Positions 20,027-29,192 of a stretch of DNA of 64,000 bases are shown here, piece after piece (position 1 is the stretch's first letter; each line of letters begins with the position of its first letter). The notes below the pieces were generated by a model. That model had not been told where the DNA came from. It did not search any database and worked only from the letters and a program-made list of their open reading frames with translations. Position numbers and translations under genes: made by a program. Source of the stretch: a virus; IMG/VR virus record IMGVR_UViG_3300009149_000012, positions 64,001 to 128,000 of that record; one strand, written 5' to 3'.

Positions 20027-22245
20027 AGCTTGATTTCCCCCGTCCCGAATTGAATCGAGGTGGTCTCACCTGTGGGGGCGTCATTCACCTCGACCTTCAG
20101 GGGCTGTCCCTGCATCTCGAACTCGGCAACCATGGTCGTGCCGTTGTTGACCAACTGTTCGAACGGAACTTCCGTCGACTTCTCGGCCAAAACCACACGC
20201 TGCATCGCTACCTTGTCTTCGTAGGGGGGCTCTTTGACGAGGGCTTTGTTGAGCTTGGAACAATGCCCTGGGCTACGTTGTAGTACGCAGGTCGCGCAAG
20301 CCGGGCCAACCTTCGCAAACTTGACCACACGAGATCGGTGAAGGCGTGCCGCTTCATCACAGCCCTTTCCGTAGTCCGAGTGGACGGTGGGATCGACATA
20401 GTAGATTCCCTGGAGCCCTTGCTCCGCAAGGATGGGGCGAAGCTCTTCCTGGGCGTTGGCGATGTCCCGGGCTTCGAACCGGCGTGTGAGGGCCTCACGA
20501 AGCTGCGTGCCGTACAGACCCTCGTTCATGTACTTCCGGGTCGCCTCAACAAGGTTGCGCTTCGTCAGGTCCGTCGTCACCATCTGGGGCGCATTCCCAT
20601 GGAACGCTTGCTGAACGGTCTGGCGCTCGACGTGAGCTTGAGGACGCTTCGTTGCTGTGGCATGAAGGGCTCGAAGGGCTTGCGCCGGGTCCGAACCCCA
20701 ATCCTGCCGTGCGTCAACCGCAGAGATCCGACTTGCCATCCGATGCTCGTCGAGAACTTGGGTGACGGTCTCGAAGTTGACGACGTCTCCCAAGGTCGGC
20801 GCGAGCTTGCGACCGTACAGAAGGCATCGACTGAGCTTGTTGAAGAAACACCCTTCGCACTTTTTGCCGGCGATGATGGCACGGACAGACGAAGAATGAC
20901 GTGCCAGGAAGTCAGCACCCTCGTGGCAGTTTGAGAAGGACTCCTGAGTCGAGAAGATGACGCCGTACAGACCCGCCTGCTTGAACAGGGGGCCCCACTG
21001 GGCTTGGGTGGCCTGAAGGTCACGCTCGTCGAATGCGAGCCGAAGGGCTTGGGTCAACTCTTGCTCGCTGCGTCCCTTGAGCATCTCCCGCCGCAAGAGC
21101 GCGATGATGGGGGCCGCATTGTGGGCTGCCACCGCTTCCATGTCGCTTGCCTGGCGCTCGACCATGAGCCCCGAAGCATGCTGGATGAATTCGTCCTGGG
21201 CAGCCTTGGAGATCTCAGGCATCGGGGGCTGCTGTCCAACCCCAGTGTAAACCGGGAGCTTGCGGGGAGCGACAGCGCCGATCGATTCCTTGACCGTGGT
21301 GAGATCCGCAGCGCTGCGTGCCGAAGCAACCGCCTTGTAGGCTGTCTGGGCTTCGACCACCGTGATGCGTCCACCACCGAAAGCTTCGTCGACCGCCTCG
21401 TTGGCTTTCTTCCGCTGGACTGTCAGATCCGCTTGAATCTGAATTGGCACCGGAGCCTTGGCCGGTCGAAGATCCCGTGCCGGGTCGGGCACCGGGTGGG
21501 GGGCCTGAGCGGCGACCGCCACCGGGATGTCGGAAGCCTGGTAGGCCGCACGGATCCGCTCACGGGCGTCGAGGTTCTCGGATGCCGGGACCGACTTGCC
21601 CTTGGCCCGCTGGATCTTCTCGACGGTGTCGGCGAGAGCCGGGGTGTAGGGTACCTGAAGCACGATCTGCTTGTGGAACACAGAGCAGTTGTCGTTCTTC
21701 GCATGCACACACGAACTGCATTCCGGCTTGGCCTTGATGAAAGGCGTGTCCGAGGCGTACTGCTTGACGAACGTCTGAAGTTGCTTCGGGGAGTTGTGGC
21801 AACCCGGCAAGTCCGACGCGTTGATGTAGTAGTTGCCCAAAAGCCCGATCTCATTCGTCAATGCGATCAGTTCTGACCGGACCGCTTCCAACGACTGGCG
21901 ATCGAACTTGTGAGCCAAGAACGACCCAATCTTGCGGCCGTCAGATGTACGCGTGAACAGCAACCGTGCGTACTTCATGATGTCCGCTGGCGCCGTCCGA
22001 AGCGGACCATGCACCTCCGACATGTCCCCCATCGTACGGGGGGCGCCCGCCTGATTGGGCACGAAGTAAGCCGATGGGGGCTGCCCCTCATGCGACCAAG
22101 CCGCTTCCAGGTCCGGCAGGACGTCGAGGTTCTGCCTTGGAAGCGTTTCAAGCTTCTCGTAATCCTCTTCGCTGACTTCCAGCCAATCGAGGTTCGGAAC
22201 GCTGCCGTCCTTCATGAAGTTTCCGAGATCTCCTAGATCACCCAT
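20023..22245 (-). CDS. Hypothetical protein with three internal 4-Cys repeats
   Basis: Three copies of GLxGx(Y/I)(Y/F)...C...CxxC-x6-7-C; GAGG RBS. Confidence 0.7.
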   Translation of the reverse strand: MGDLGDLGNFMKDGSVPNLDWLEVSEEDYEKLETLPRQNLDVLPDLEAAWSHEGQPPSAYFVPNQAGAPRTMGDMSEVHGPLRTAPADIMKYARLLFTRTSDGRKIGSFLAHKFDRQSLEAVRSELIALTNEIGLLGNYYINASDLPGCHNSPKQLQTFVKQYASDTPFIKAKPECSSCVHAKNDNCSVFHKQIVLQVPYTPALADTVEKIQRAKGKSVPASENLDARERIRAAYQASDIPVAVAAQAPHPVPDPARDLRPAKAPVPIQIQADLTVQRKKANEAVDEAFGGGRITVVEAQTAYKAVASARSAADLTTVKESIGAVAPRKLPVYTGVGQQPPMPEISKAAQDEFIQHASGLMVERQASDMEAVAAHNAAPIIALLRREMLKGRSEQELTQALRLAFDERDLQATQAQWGPLFKQAGLYGVIFSTQESFSNCHEGADFLARHSSSVRAIIAGKKCEGCFFNKLSRCLLYGRKLAPTLGDVVNFETVTQVLDEHRMASRISAVDARQDWGSDPAQALRALHATATKRPQAHVERQTVQQAFHGNAPQMVTTDLTKRNLVEATRKYMNEGLYGTQLREALTRRFEARDIANAQEELRPILAEQGLQGIYYVDPTVHSDYGKGCDEAARLHRSRVVKFAKVGPACATCVLQRSPGHCSKLNKALVKEPPYEDKVAMQRVVLAEKSTEVPFEQLVNNGTTMVAEFEMQGQPLKVEVNDAPTGETTSIQFGTGEIKL

Positions 22246-22254
22246 TTGTCAACC

Positions 22255-23337
22255 TCACTTCGGACGTTCCATGCCTGGTGTTGTGATGCGCTCATAGCTG
22301 TACTCGACGCCAGGCGTCGTGATGTCTCGTTGCGGACCCGACGTGTAGTCAGTGGGTAGCCCACTTTCAGGGCCGGGTCCATCATAGTCGAGAGCTTCGC
22401 CTTCGCCCTGGCCAAGACCGAAAGAATCACCCTCTGTGGGGGTTCCTGGGTCATTGGGAAGCGCTGACTCCCCATGGTGGCCTGGCGACGGTTGCTCTTT
22501 GAGATTGTTGTCCCAATCCGAGGGATAGTCGTACTCGTTCCAACCACCACCGTCGCTCTCGGACCAATCGTCCCGAACCGGGGGCTCGTCACGGTTGTAG
22601 GATCCGAAAGGACCGTCGCCTTCGGCGGGGCCACGATGGTCGACCCGGGGGCCACCAAGCGCATCGGGATTGTTGGTCGCGTCCGCAACCTTCCACGATT
22701 TCACGTCGAGGATCATTGCGACACGAGTTTTGCCACGGGGGGAACGGAGCCGGCGAGCCTGCTTTTCCGTCGACACAGGCTCGGCTTCCGACTGGTACTT
22801 GTCCGAGGTGGGGAGCTTCGAACCGGGTTCTTCCGTGCTGGTACCACCAGGTCCGTCGTTCTCTTTCTCGATCTCGGTCATCTCTTTCTCAGCGTCCTCG
22901 GTAGGATCGTCGAGATTCTCACGAGATTCCTCGATGAAACGCTCGACATCTTCGGCCTCGTTGTCGTCGAGAAGGGCGAGCTTGGGCTGCCAGTGGGGGC
23001 CCCGGACTTCGTCGAAGATGGTATCGCTGATCTGCGAAAGGATCTCGCAGGCGTCGTGGAGCTTTCCACGCATGGCGGTCACTTCCATGACGTAGCCCCG
23101 CCCGCCAAGCATCCCATCTGGGCTCACCGTGGCGCTCTTGACCCGGGAAAGCTGTCGGTAGGCTGTCAAGGCATGACCCAAGCTCACGCTCGTGGCCCAC
23201 AGCGCCTTAGCCATTGGCTTGAGCGCACGGGGATCAAAGGCATGGTCTTTGGGGATGTTACGTTGGCCCGGGCCCGGAGGTTCTTGAGGATCCTCCATCG
23301 GGGGGAACGCCGCCGTTTTGACCTTCCACTTGTCCAT
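22255..23337 (-). CDS. Hypothetical acidic head-module protein
   Basis: Start MDKWKVKTAAF; multiple KTA/KQA/RVA/KVA motifs. Confidence 0.6.
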   Translation of the reverse strand: MDKWKVKTAAFPPMEDPQEPPGPGQRNIPKDHAFDPRALKPMAKALWATSVSLGHALTAYRQLSRVKSATVSPDGMLGGRGYVMEVTAMRGKLHDACEILSQISDTIFDEVRGPHWQPKLALLDDNEAEDVERFIEESRENLDDPTEDAEKEMTEIEKENDGPGGTSTEEPGSKLPTSDKYQSEAEPVSTEKQARRLRSPRGKTRVAMILDVKSWKVADATNNPDALGGPRVDHRGPAEGDGPFGSYNRDEPPVRDDWSESDGGGWNEYDYPSDWDNNLKEQPSPGHHGESALPNDPGTPTEGDSFGLGQGEGEALDYDGPGPESGLPTDYTSGPQRDITTPGVEYSYERITTPGMERPK

Positions 23338-23339
23338 GA

Positions 23340-23600
23340 TCAACCTTTGACCGGGCCGGAACCTGAATCGAAGAGACGCTCGATTACGAATGCTTCGCCG
23401 TCTCGCCGCATAGACCACAGATCCTGTTCGCTCTTGTGGACCAACGTATCTTCGCTCACACGGACGAAACCCGCAAGCTCTTGCAAAGACGCGATCCGTC
23501 GTCGGGCAATCGGGCGAATCAGTTCAGGTGAGGTTTCGAAAAGCGCGTCCATCCCGCATGCGCCTTGCGTTTGAATACTTCCAAGATCGAACTTGCTCAT
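23340..23600 (-). CDS. Hypothetical protein
   Basis: GAGG RBS; RIAS and KSEQDLW motifs; fits the operon. Confidence 0.6.
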   Translation of the reverse strand: MSKFDLGSIQTQGACGMDALFETSPELIRPIARRRIASLQELAGFVRVSEDTLVHKSEQDLWSMRRDGEAFVIERLFDSGSGPVKG

Positions 23601-23607
23601 TGATTCC

Positions 23608-24510
23608 TCACGAGACGATGAGAATGATCGTGACGTCTACATGTCCGTTGCTGCTGTAACCACTGACACGAAGGATTGTCTCATAGGTGCCGGGGGTCAA
23701 GTCGTCGGGAGGCTGAACCGAAACCGTAACAAGGTCGTCAAAGCCACCGAGAACCGTGCCGGAAACCGGGGACCATCCTGAGAGCCACGATTCGATACAC
23801 GTTAATGCTTGCACCTGGTAGTCGAGGACCGACGCTGCCGGTCCTGTGTTCCGTACCAAGAAAGTCTGTGTTGGGAGAGTCGGGAAGGGACCACCAGCGG
23901 GCTTGGTCACCGTAAACAGCAAAGTCGCTGGGACCACCTCGAACACGGCCTTGGGCCGAACGTTGATGGTCACCGGGAAAACCTGTGGACTGTTGGTCGC
24001 GTCCGTGTCCTGAACGGTGATGGTCTCGGAGTACGGAGTAAGAACCGAATTCAGGTTTGTCGAGTCAACGAGAGCGCTGAAAGTTCCGCCCTCATTGGAA
24101 GCAAGATTACCCACGAGGGTCGGGGTAACCCGAAGATACGAAGCGGACGAGATCAGCGACGCGCTAAGCATCGAGCCGAAAACGCCTGAGTTTGTAATCA
24201 GAACTTCCTGTGGAAGCGTCAAGCCTCGACCCTCATCCACATCGAAAACCAATGAGGGAGGGGGGCCCATCAAGATGGTGGGCTTGAAGTTGGCCTTGAG
24301 TTGCACGATCGAGTCATGCATCGCCGTGACGATGTCACCCGGAATCGGGATGCTGTCTCGATACAGACCCCACGGAGTCTGGAGATCCAAGACCTGAAAA
24401 ATCACGCAGGCGCTTGAAACGTCCATGCGCGTAGTCCACCGCCAAACCCCAGCAGGCACGCGCTGCTCGAATTGATAGTCCTGGTGACGTAGATTGATCG
24501 CTTGGGTCAT
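23608..24510 (-). CDS. Virion surface protein with two Ig/BACON-like domains
   Basis: Repeated xxxNxG...L...WL.V.P..G....G.Y...I pattern; T/V-rich. Confidence 0.6.
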   Translation of the reverse strand: MTQAINLRHQDYQFEQRVPAGVWRWTTRMDVSSACVIFQVLDLQTPWGLYRDSIPIPGDIVTAMHDSIVQLKANFKPTILMGPPPSLVFDVDEGRGLTLPQEVLITNSGVFGSMLSASLISSASYLRVTPTLVGNLASNEGGTFSALVDSTNLNSVLTPYSETITVQDTDATNSPQVFPVTINVRPKAVFEVVPATLLFTVTKPAGGPFPTLPTQTFLVRNTGPAASVLDYQVQALTCIESWLSGWSPVSGTVLGGFDDLVTVSVQPPDDLTPGTYETILRVSGYSSNGHVDVTIILIVS

Positions 24511-24561
24511 GGACGCTCCGGTTCTGTCAGAGCGCTTGTATCAAAAGAACATGACCAAACG

Positions 24562-24888
24562 CTAGCGAGGGGCCAACAGACGATGGACCCAGTCGTGCCA
24601 TTCATCCAACAAAAGGCGCTCAACGTAGGCACCAAGCGGCTTGGTACGCTTATCCTGAACAGCTACCGAAAGCAGCCCGCCCGTGGCTGAAGCCTCAACG
24701 ATTGCCTCGAAGATCATGGCCGGCATGACCACCGGAACCTTTAGTTCCAAGGACACGCTGATCTCGAAAACCTCGACTTTCGAAAAGTCGTCCTCACGAG
24801 TTTTGAGGTGTTTCATCCGAAGGAACGTCACCACCGTCTCGATGCGGTCCTTGATCTTCGTGCTGGCCGTTCGATCGTAGCTGTACAT
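24562..24888 (-). CDS. Hypothetical protein (MYSYDRTAS N-terminus)
   Basis: ORF with GGTGTA motif 12 nt upstream. Confidence 0.55.
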   Translation of the reverse strand: MYSYDRTASTKIKDRIETVVTFLRMKHLKTREDDFSKVEVFEISVSLELKVPVVMPAMIFEAIVEASATGGLLSVAVQDKRTKPLGAYVERLLLDEWHDWVHRLLAPR

Positions 24889-24912
24889 GGTGACTTTGAT
24901 TACACCAGTGCT

Positions 24913-25548
24913 TTAACAACACTCATCGCCGCCCCGCCCCGCCCACTGCGGGAGCTTCACCTCTCGCAAGATGTTGAACTTCTTTCCAGCAATTGCCGAA
25001 AAGATTTCGAGGTAGGGTTGTAGGGATTCGTTGGTGGGGGCCTTCTCACGAAGGGCAGCGACGGCACGGAAGAAACGATGGCGCACGCGACCTTGGGTCA
25101 GGCCAAGGGCTTCGGCGACTTCGCTCTGACACGTCGTTTCCCACATGCCGACCAGGATGTTGACGTCGATGCTGTCTTTGAAGAGTGTTGGAAGATCTCG
25201 GCGAAGTTCTTCCTCGGAGACGGAGGGGATGCTCAAGAGGAACTTGATCCGTTTGATCCCCCGGTCGAGACGGTAACTGACGGCTGCCTGCGTGATGCCA
25301 AAGATGATGGCGATGTCGGCCTGCCGCTTGTGGGAAATGAAGTACAGTTCGATGAGATCCGCTTCACGGGCTGGGATCCGGGGTAGGAGCGGGGCGACCT
25401 GTTCCTCGAAGGTTGGAACGTCGTCCGTTAGCTGTTCTGGCAGCGACTCCCCGTCCCACTCCTCGAAGAATTGGAGCAGTGTGTCGGGAGCAGCGAAGCG
25501 TGTTGCGATTTGTGCGGGGTCGAGAGGGATCACATAGCCACTGCTCAC
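24913..25548 (-). CDS. Tandem sigma70 region-4-like HTH protein
   Basis: IPAREADLIELYF..KRQADIAIIFGITQAAVSYRL and QSEVAEALGLTQGRVRHRF; GGAGG RBS. Confidence 0.7.
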   Translation of the reverse strand: MSSGYVIPLDPAQIATRFAAPDTLLQFFEEWDGESLPEQLTDDVPTFEEQVAPLLPRIPAREADLIELYFISHKRQADIAIIFGITQAAVSYRLDRGIKRIKFLLSIPSVSEEELRRDLPTLFKDSIDVNILVGMWETTCQSEVAEALGLTQGRVRHRFFRAVAALREKAPTNESLQPYLEIFSAIAGKKFNILREVKLPQWAGRGGDECC

Positions 25549-25557
25549 GAGGGCCTC

Positions 25558-27342
25558 CTACTTGGCCCGGTTTCCACTCTTGAGGAACCCGGCAGACGGT
25601 CGAAAGAACGTTTCGAGAAAATCTTCGGGGTTCACATCTACATCTTGGAGGTGCTGCGTAGCAGCGGCCTCATCTTCACTCGGATCGACGGTCTCGAACG
25701 GAATGTCTGTCCGAATGGACATGAGATCTGCATTCAGCTTGACCCTGATCTCGGCATCACGCAATCGTTGGTACTGAGATTTGGTCACCCCGGCGAGTCC
25801 AGAAGCGAAGATTCCGTCGACAGTATCATGAGAACGTACCAGTGATGCAAGAATTTTCTTAGGAACACGGCCCACTCCGGGGAGATTGTCCGACGTATCC
25901 CCCGCAAGTGCCCGAAGAGAAACCATTTTCTCTGGGGGAACGTTGTACTCGAATTCGACCAAGTCAGGATCGAATAGGATCTCTTTTCGACCACCGACGG
26001 ACGGGACGAGAAGCACATCCGTGCGCGTCACAAGTTGAAGGAAGTCTCGGTCCGTCGAGATGATCACGTTCCGGTCGCCCTTGAGAGGGCCTCGAACCAA
26101 CGTTCCGATGACGTCGTCGGCCTCTTCCTCAGGGTGAAACGCCTGTGCAATGCCCAGGTTGGGGAGCAAGTTGTCTCGCAGGTAGGTAATCTGATCGAAA
26201 AGCGGCACCCCATGGGGCTTTCGATTGGCCTTGTACTCGGGATTCAAAGCCTTTCGCCGTTGACTCGACCCATCCCAGCACACGAAGAACATCGCGTCGT
26301 GATAGCGCTTGCGCAGTGCGCCAAGGCTTCGCAAAAACGCGTAGATCACACCGGTCGGCCGACCTTTTGAATCCGCTAGATCTTGCATGCCCGGTGCGTA
26401 CAACGCACGGAACGCCATGTTATGCCCGTCTACGATGATGTTGCTGATCATGTCGTCACCCTCGAATTCCTGACACCGTTGGTTTACACCGTCGATCCAG
26501 GACCACTTTCGGAAAGCGTCTCGAAGCGGAACCAAATCGAGACTGGGGATGGGCTTGTTCAAGATTTGAGTTTGTTCAAGCCACTGAGTCAGCATATGCC
26601 AGCGCTGTAGAAGGGCTGCCGCCTGAGACATGTCGAGCATGTCGACATCCTCTGCGATCTTCGAAGGCTGAAGCTGTTGGTAGAAGGACAATACCCGGGA
26701 GTATTCTTGAAAACCGTCCCGGATGGGCACGATCTGACCCGCCCACCCGGCTACGACCTGAGCCTCTTGTGCCCAAGCCTTCAACTCCTGCACTCGTTTC
26801 AAAAACGTCATAGGGCGAGCTTTACGAACCAGTTGCAAGAACGAACGGGGAAGGGTGAGCAGTGACTGCTTGGACCGAAGCTGCACGAAGACCTGGACGG
26901 ACTGTTTCTCTGGGATTTCCTCGACCACCGTCGCCTGAATGTTTCGGTAGGGGCCCGAAAGAATCAGAACTGTGTCGTCGACGCCGATCCCTTGATCTAC
27001 CTCAGCATTGGCCTGTTTTTTGAACTTGTTGATCTCCCGATCCGATATGGTCGCCAGGCAACGACACCGCCCCGTGCCTTGGGTTAAGATCGCCGCAACG
27101 TAACGATTCGAATTGGGGAGACGAAGGTAGTCGGAGTCGGGGCGCGTTCGCTGAGCAAACGCGTAGCCATCCACCAAGTAGTGCACCATGCGGTCGTCGC
27201 CGATCTGCGTGACGACGGCTGGGATGTACACCTCGGTGCCTCTCAACGCCTTGGAGATTGACCGTTGGAGAATCTCTGGATCCTCCCCATCACTTTTTGA
27301 GTTGAGGGCCAGCACGACCCAATCAGTCGTCATCAAGGCCAC
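25558..27342 (-). CDS. NusG (NGN+KOW)-5'-3' exonuclease (FEN/PolI N-terminal type) fusion
   Basis: N-terminal WVVL..EVYIP..LVDGYAF..DTVLILSGPYRNIQATV; C-terminal IVDGHN, WDG, EYKANR, EADDVI, STDRDFLQL, LAGDTSDNLPGV. Confidence 0.85.
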   Translation of the reverse strand: MALMTTDWVVLALNSKSDGEDPEILQRSISKALRGTEVYIPAVVTQIGDDRMVHYLVDGYAFAQRTRPDSDYLRLPNSNRYVAAILTQGTGRCRCLATISDREINKFKKQANAEVDQGIGVDDTVLILSGPYRNIQATVVEEIPEKQSVQVFVQLRSKQSLLTLPRSFLQLVRKARPMTFLKRVQELKAWAQEAQVVAGWAGQIVPIRDGFQEYSRVLSFYQQLQPSKIAEDVDMLDMSQAAALLQRWHMLTQWLEQTQILNKPIPSLDLVPLRDAFRKWSWIDGVNQRCQEFEGDDMISNIIVDGHNMAFRALYAPGMQDLADSKGRPTGVIYAFLRSLGALRKRYHDAMFFVCWDGSSQRRKALNPEYKANRKPHGVPLFDQITYLRDNLLPNLGIAQAFHPEEEADDVIGTLVRGPLKGDRNVIISTDRDFLQLVTRTDVLLVPSVGGRKEILFDPDLVEFEYNVPPEKMVSLRALAGDTSDNLPGVGRVPKKILASLVRSHDTVDGIFASGLAGVTKSQYQRLRDAEIRVKLNADLMSIRTDIPFETVDPSEDEAAATQHLQDVDVNPEDFLETFFRPSAGFLKSGNRAK

Positions 27343-28682
27343 GTCCGATCAAAGAGGGCCGTCCACTCGGCTGGCGACATGGTGGTGTTGAAGCCAACCG
27401 AGTCAAAGCGGGGTGGTGCGATAGCCTTCGCAGGCCGTGAGCCCCGGGGATGGTCCGCTGGAATCCCGTACGTGTCGACTTCCGTATGTGCGTACGGGTC
27501 GTCGCCCAGATTCCCAATGGTCTGGGGAAGCTTGGGTGCCGGTGTCGGGGTTGGTGCAGGGGTGGGCTGTGGTGCCACCTCGGAAGCCGCTTGTGGGGCA
27601 ACCGGTTGGGGAGCGGCAGGGACCATGAGCGGCGCGCTGAGAACCGGCTGCGCTACCGGAGCGGTCACAACCAAGATCGCCTCACACACGAGCGACGTTC
27701 GGGTAACAGATCGCAAGTTGGCGAACCTCGAAGCCAACCTGATCACTGAATCGCCGTACTTCTTGTGAACCTCTTCCGCCAAGGTTTTGTCCAGGGCAGA
27801 ATGGTCGACGAACATGTTGTTCGCCCACCGATACGAGTTCATGGCGGCTTCAGCGATTCCAGCGGCGACGTCACCGGGTTGCACCTGTTCACAAGCTGAC
27901 TCGATGAATGCCGCTGCTTGAGCCGGCGTGTCGAGCTTGAGCAAGATCTCGAAGTAAGTCTTGGTGAGGGACAGGCGCAGATAGCCCCGAACCGATTCGA
28001 GGGTGACGGGGCCCATCTGGGAGATCATCTCCAAACGGTTCATGACGTCCCGGACGTGACCCTGACAGTAGTCGATGACCGTGAGCACACCCTCATCCTC
28101 AAACTCGACGCCTTCAGCCTTGAGGATGAAAGCCATCCGCTCGAAGATGTCTTCCGGTGTGATGCGCCGAATCGAATGTTCTTCACAGCGAGAACGGATC
28201 GTCCCCCGGATCTTCTCGGGCTCGGTCGTGCAAAAGATGCCCACCATTCGCTTGTCTTCGATGGGCTTGAGCAAGACATCCTGCGAATCCCGACTCATTC
28301 GGTGCATTTCGTCGAACAGGAAGATCCGTTTGATGGCGTCAAGTACCGCAAAGGGCAGGTTGTCCACGATCGCCCGGATGTGCTCGATCGTTCCTTTGCT
28401 CGCTGCATCCAACTCGCTGAACGCCTGGCTGTTTTCCTCCAGGATGCTTATGCAGTTGTCGCATTCGTTGCAGGGCTCCTGATCCTCCGTCAAAGCCTGG
28501 CAGAGCAGTGCTCTCGCCAGAATTCGGCTAAGAGTTGTCTTGCCCTGTCCATGCCCCCCGCTGAAGATGTAGCTCGTGTTCAGGGCAGAACCGGACTTAA
28601 GGCGCGCTTTGAGGATTTGGATCGCACCTTCCTGCCCCAACACATCCGAGAACCTCAGCGGTCGGTACTTGACGTCCCACAT
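27333..28682 (-). CDS. dnaX: DNA polymerase III gamma/tau clamp-loader subunit
   Basis: KYRPLRFSDVLGQ, GGHGQGKTT, PCNECDNC, ELDAAS, DEMH, IRSRC. Confidence 0.93.
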   Translation of the reverse strand: MWDVKYRPLRFSDVLGQEGAIQILKARLKSGSALNTSYIFSGGHGQGKTTLSRILARALLCQALTEDQEPCNECDNCISILEENSQAFSELDAASKGTIEHIRAIVDNLPFAVLDAIKRIFLFDEMHRMSRDSQDVLLKPIEDKRMVGIFCTTEPEKIRGTIRSRCEEHSIRRITPEDIFERMAFILKAEGVEFEDEGVLTVIDYCQGHVRDVMNRLEMISQMGPVTLESVRGYLRLSLTKTYFEILLKLDTPAQAAAFIESACEQVQPGDVAAGIAEAAMNSYRWANNMFVDHSALDKTLAEEVHKKYGDSVIRLASRFANLRSVTRTSLVCEAILVVTAPVAQPVLSAPLMVPAAPQPVAPQAASEVAPQPTPAPTPTPAPKLPQTIGNLGDDPYAHTEVDTYGIPADHPRGSRPAKAIAPPRFDSVGFNTTMSPAEWTALFDRTWP

Positions 28683-28694
28683 GGGATAGACCCC

Positions 28695-29192
28695 CTAGCC
28701 GTGAGATTCCTGGCGTTCTTGCGTTGCCTCCGTTTGCTCGGGCTCGTCGAAATCGGCGATGTCGATCTGGGAGGCGATTTCGGTGAAGCCCTGCAAGTCC
28801 TCGTTCCATGCGCCGTGCCGACGAAGAATGGACGAGAATTCCTGCACGTCGTGGCTGCGCATGGACCACTTCATGGTGGCGCCCGGATCTTCCGGATCTT
28901 CCTCGCCGAAGCAATGCTCCAACTCGTGGTCGACAAGCGCCGTCCGTTGCTCGGCCGTCATGGGGTTCCACTGGTCCAGCGCGACCATGACCACGAAGTC
29001 CAGGTCCAACAGGAACTGGTTGACGCCCGTGATCTTTGTTGCGCTGGCTGCCGTGATCTTGCCGCCCTTCGTCGACGCCTTGTCAACGAACACGTACCGG
29101 ATCCTTGCCGTTGCCAGGTGGGGGTGATGGGTTGGGATGAGCACGTTCGCCAATGCCTCAACCGCTTCTGCATTCTCGTAAGTCTTAGCCAT
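28695..29192 (-). CDS. Putative phage metallopeptidase
   Basis: ALVDHELEH HExxH motif plus HDVQEF..I.RRHG. Confidence 0.75.
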   Translation of the reverse strand: MAKTYENAEAVEALANVLIPTHHPHLATARIRYVFVDKASTKGGKITAASATKITGVNQFLLDLDFVVMVALDQWNPMTAEQRTALVDHELEHCFGEEDPEDPGATMKWSMRSHDVQEFSSILRRHGAWNEDLQGFTEIASQIDIADFDEPEQTEATQERQESHG

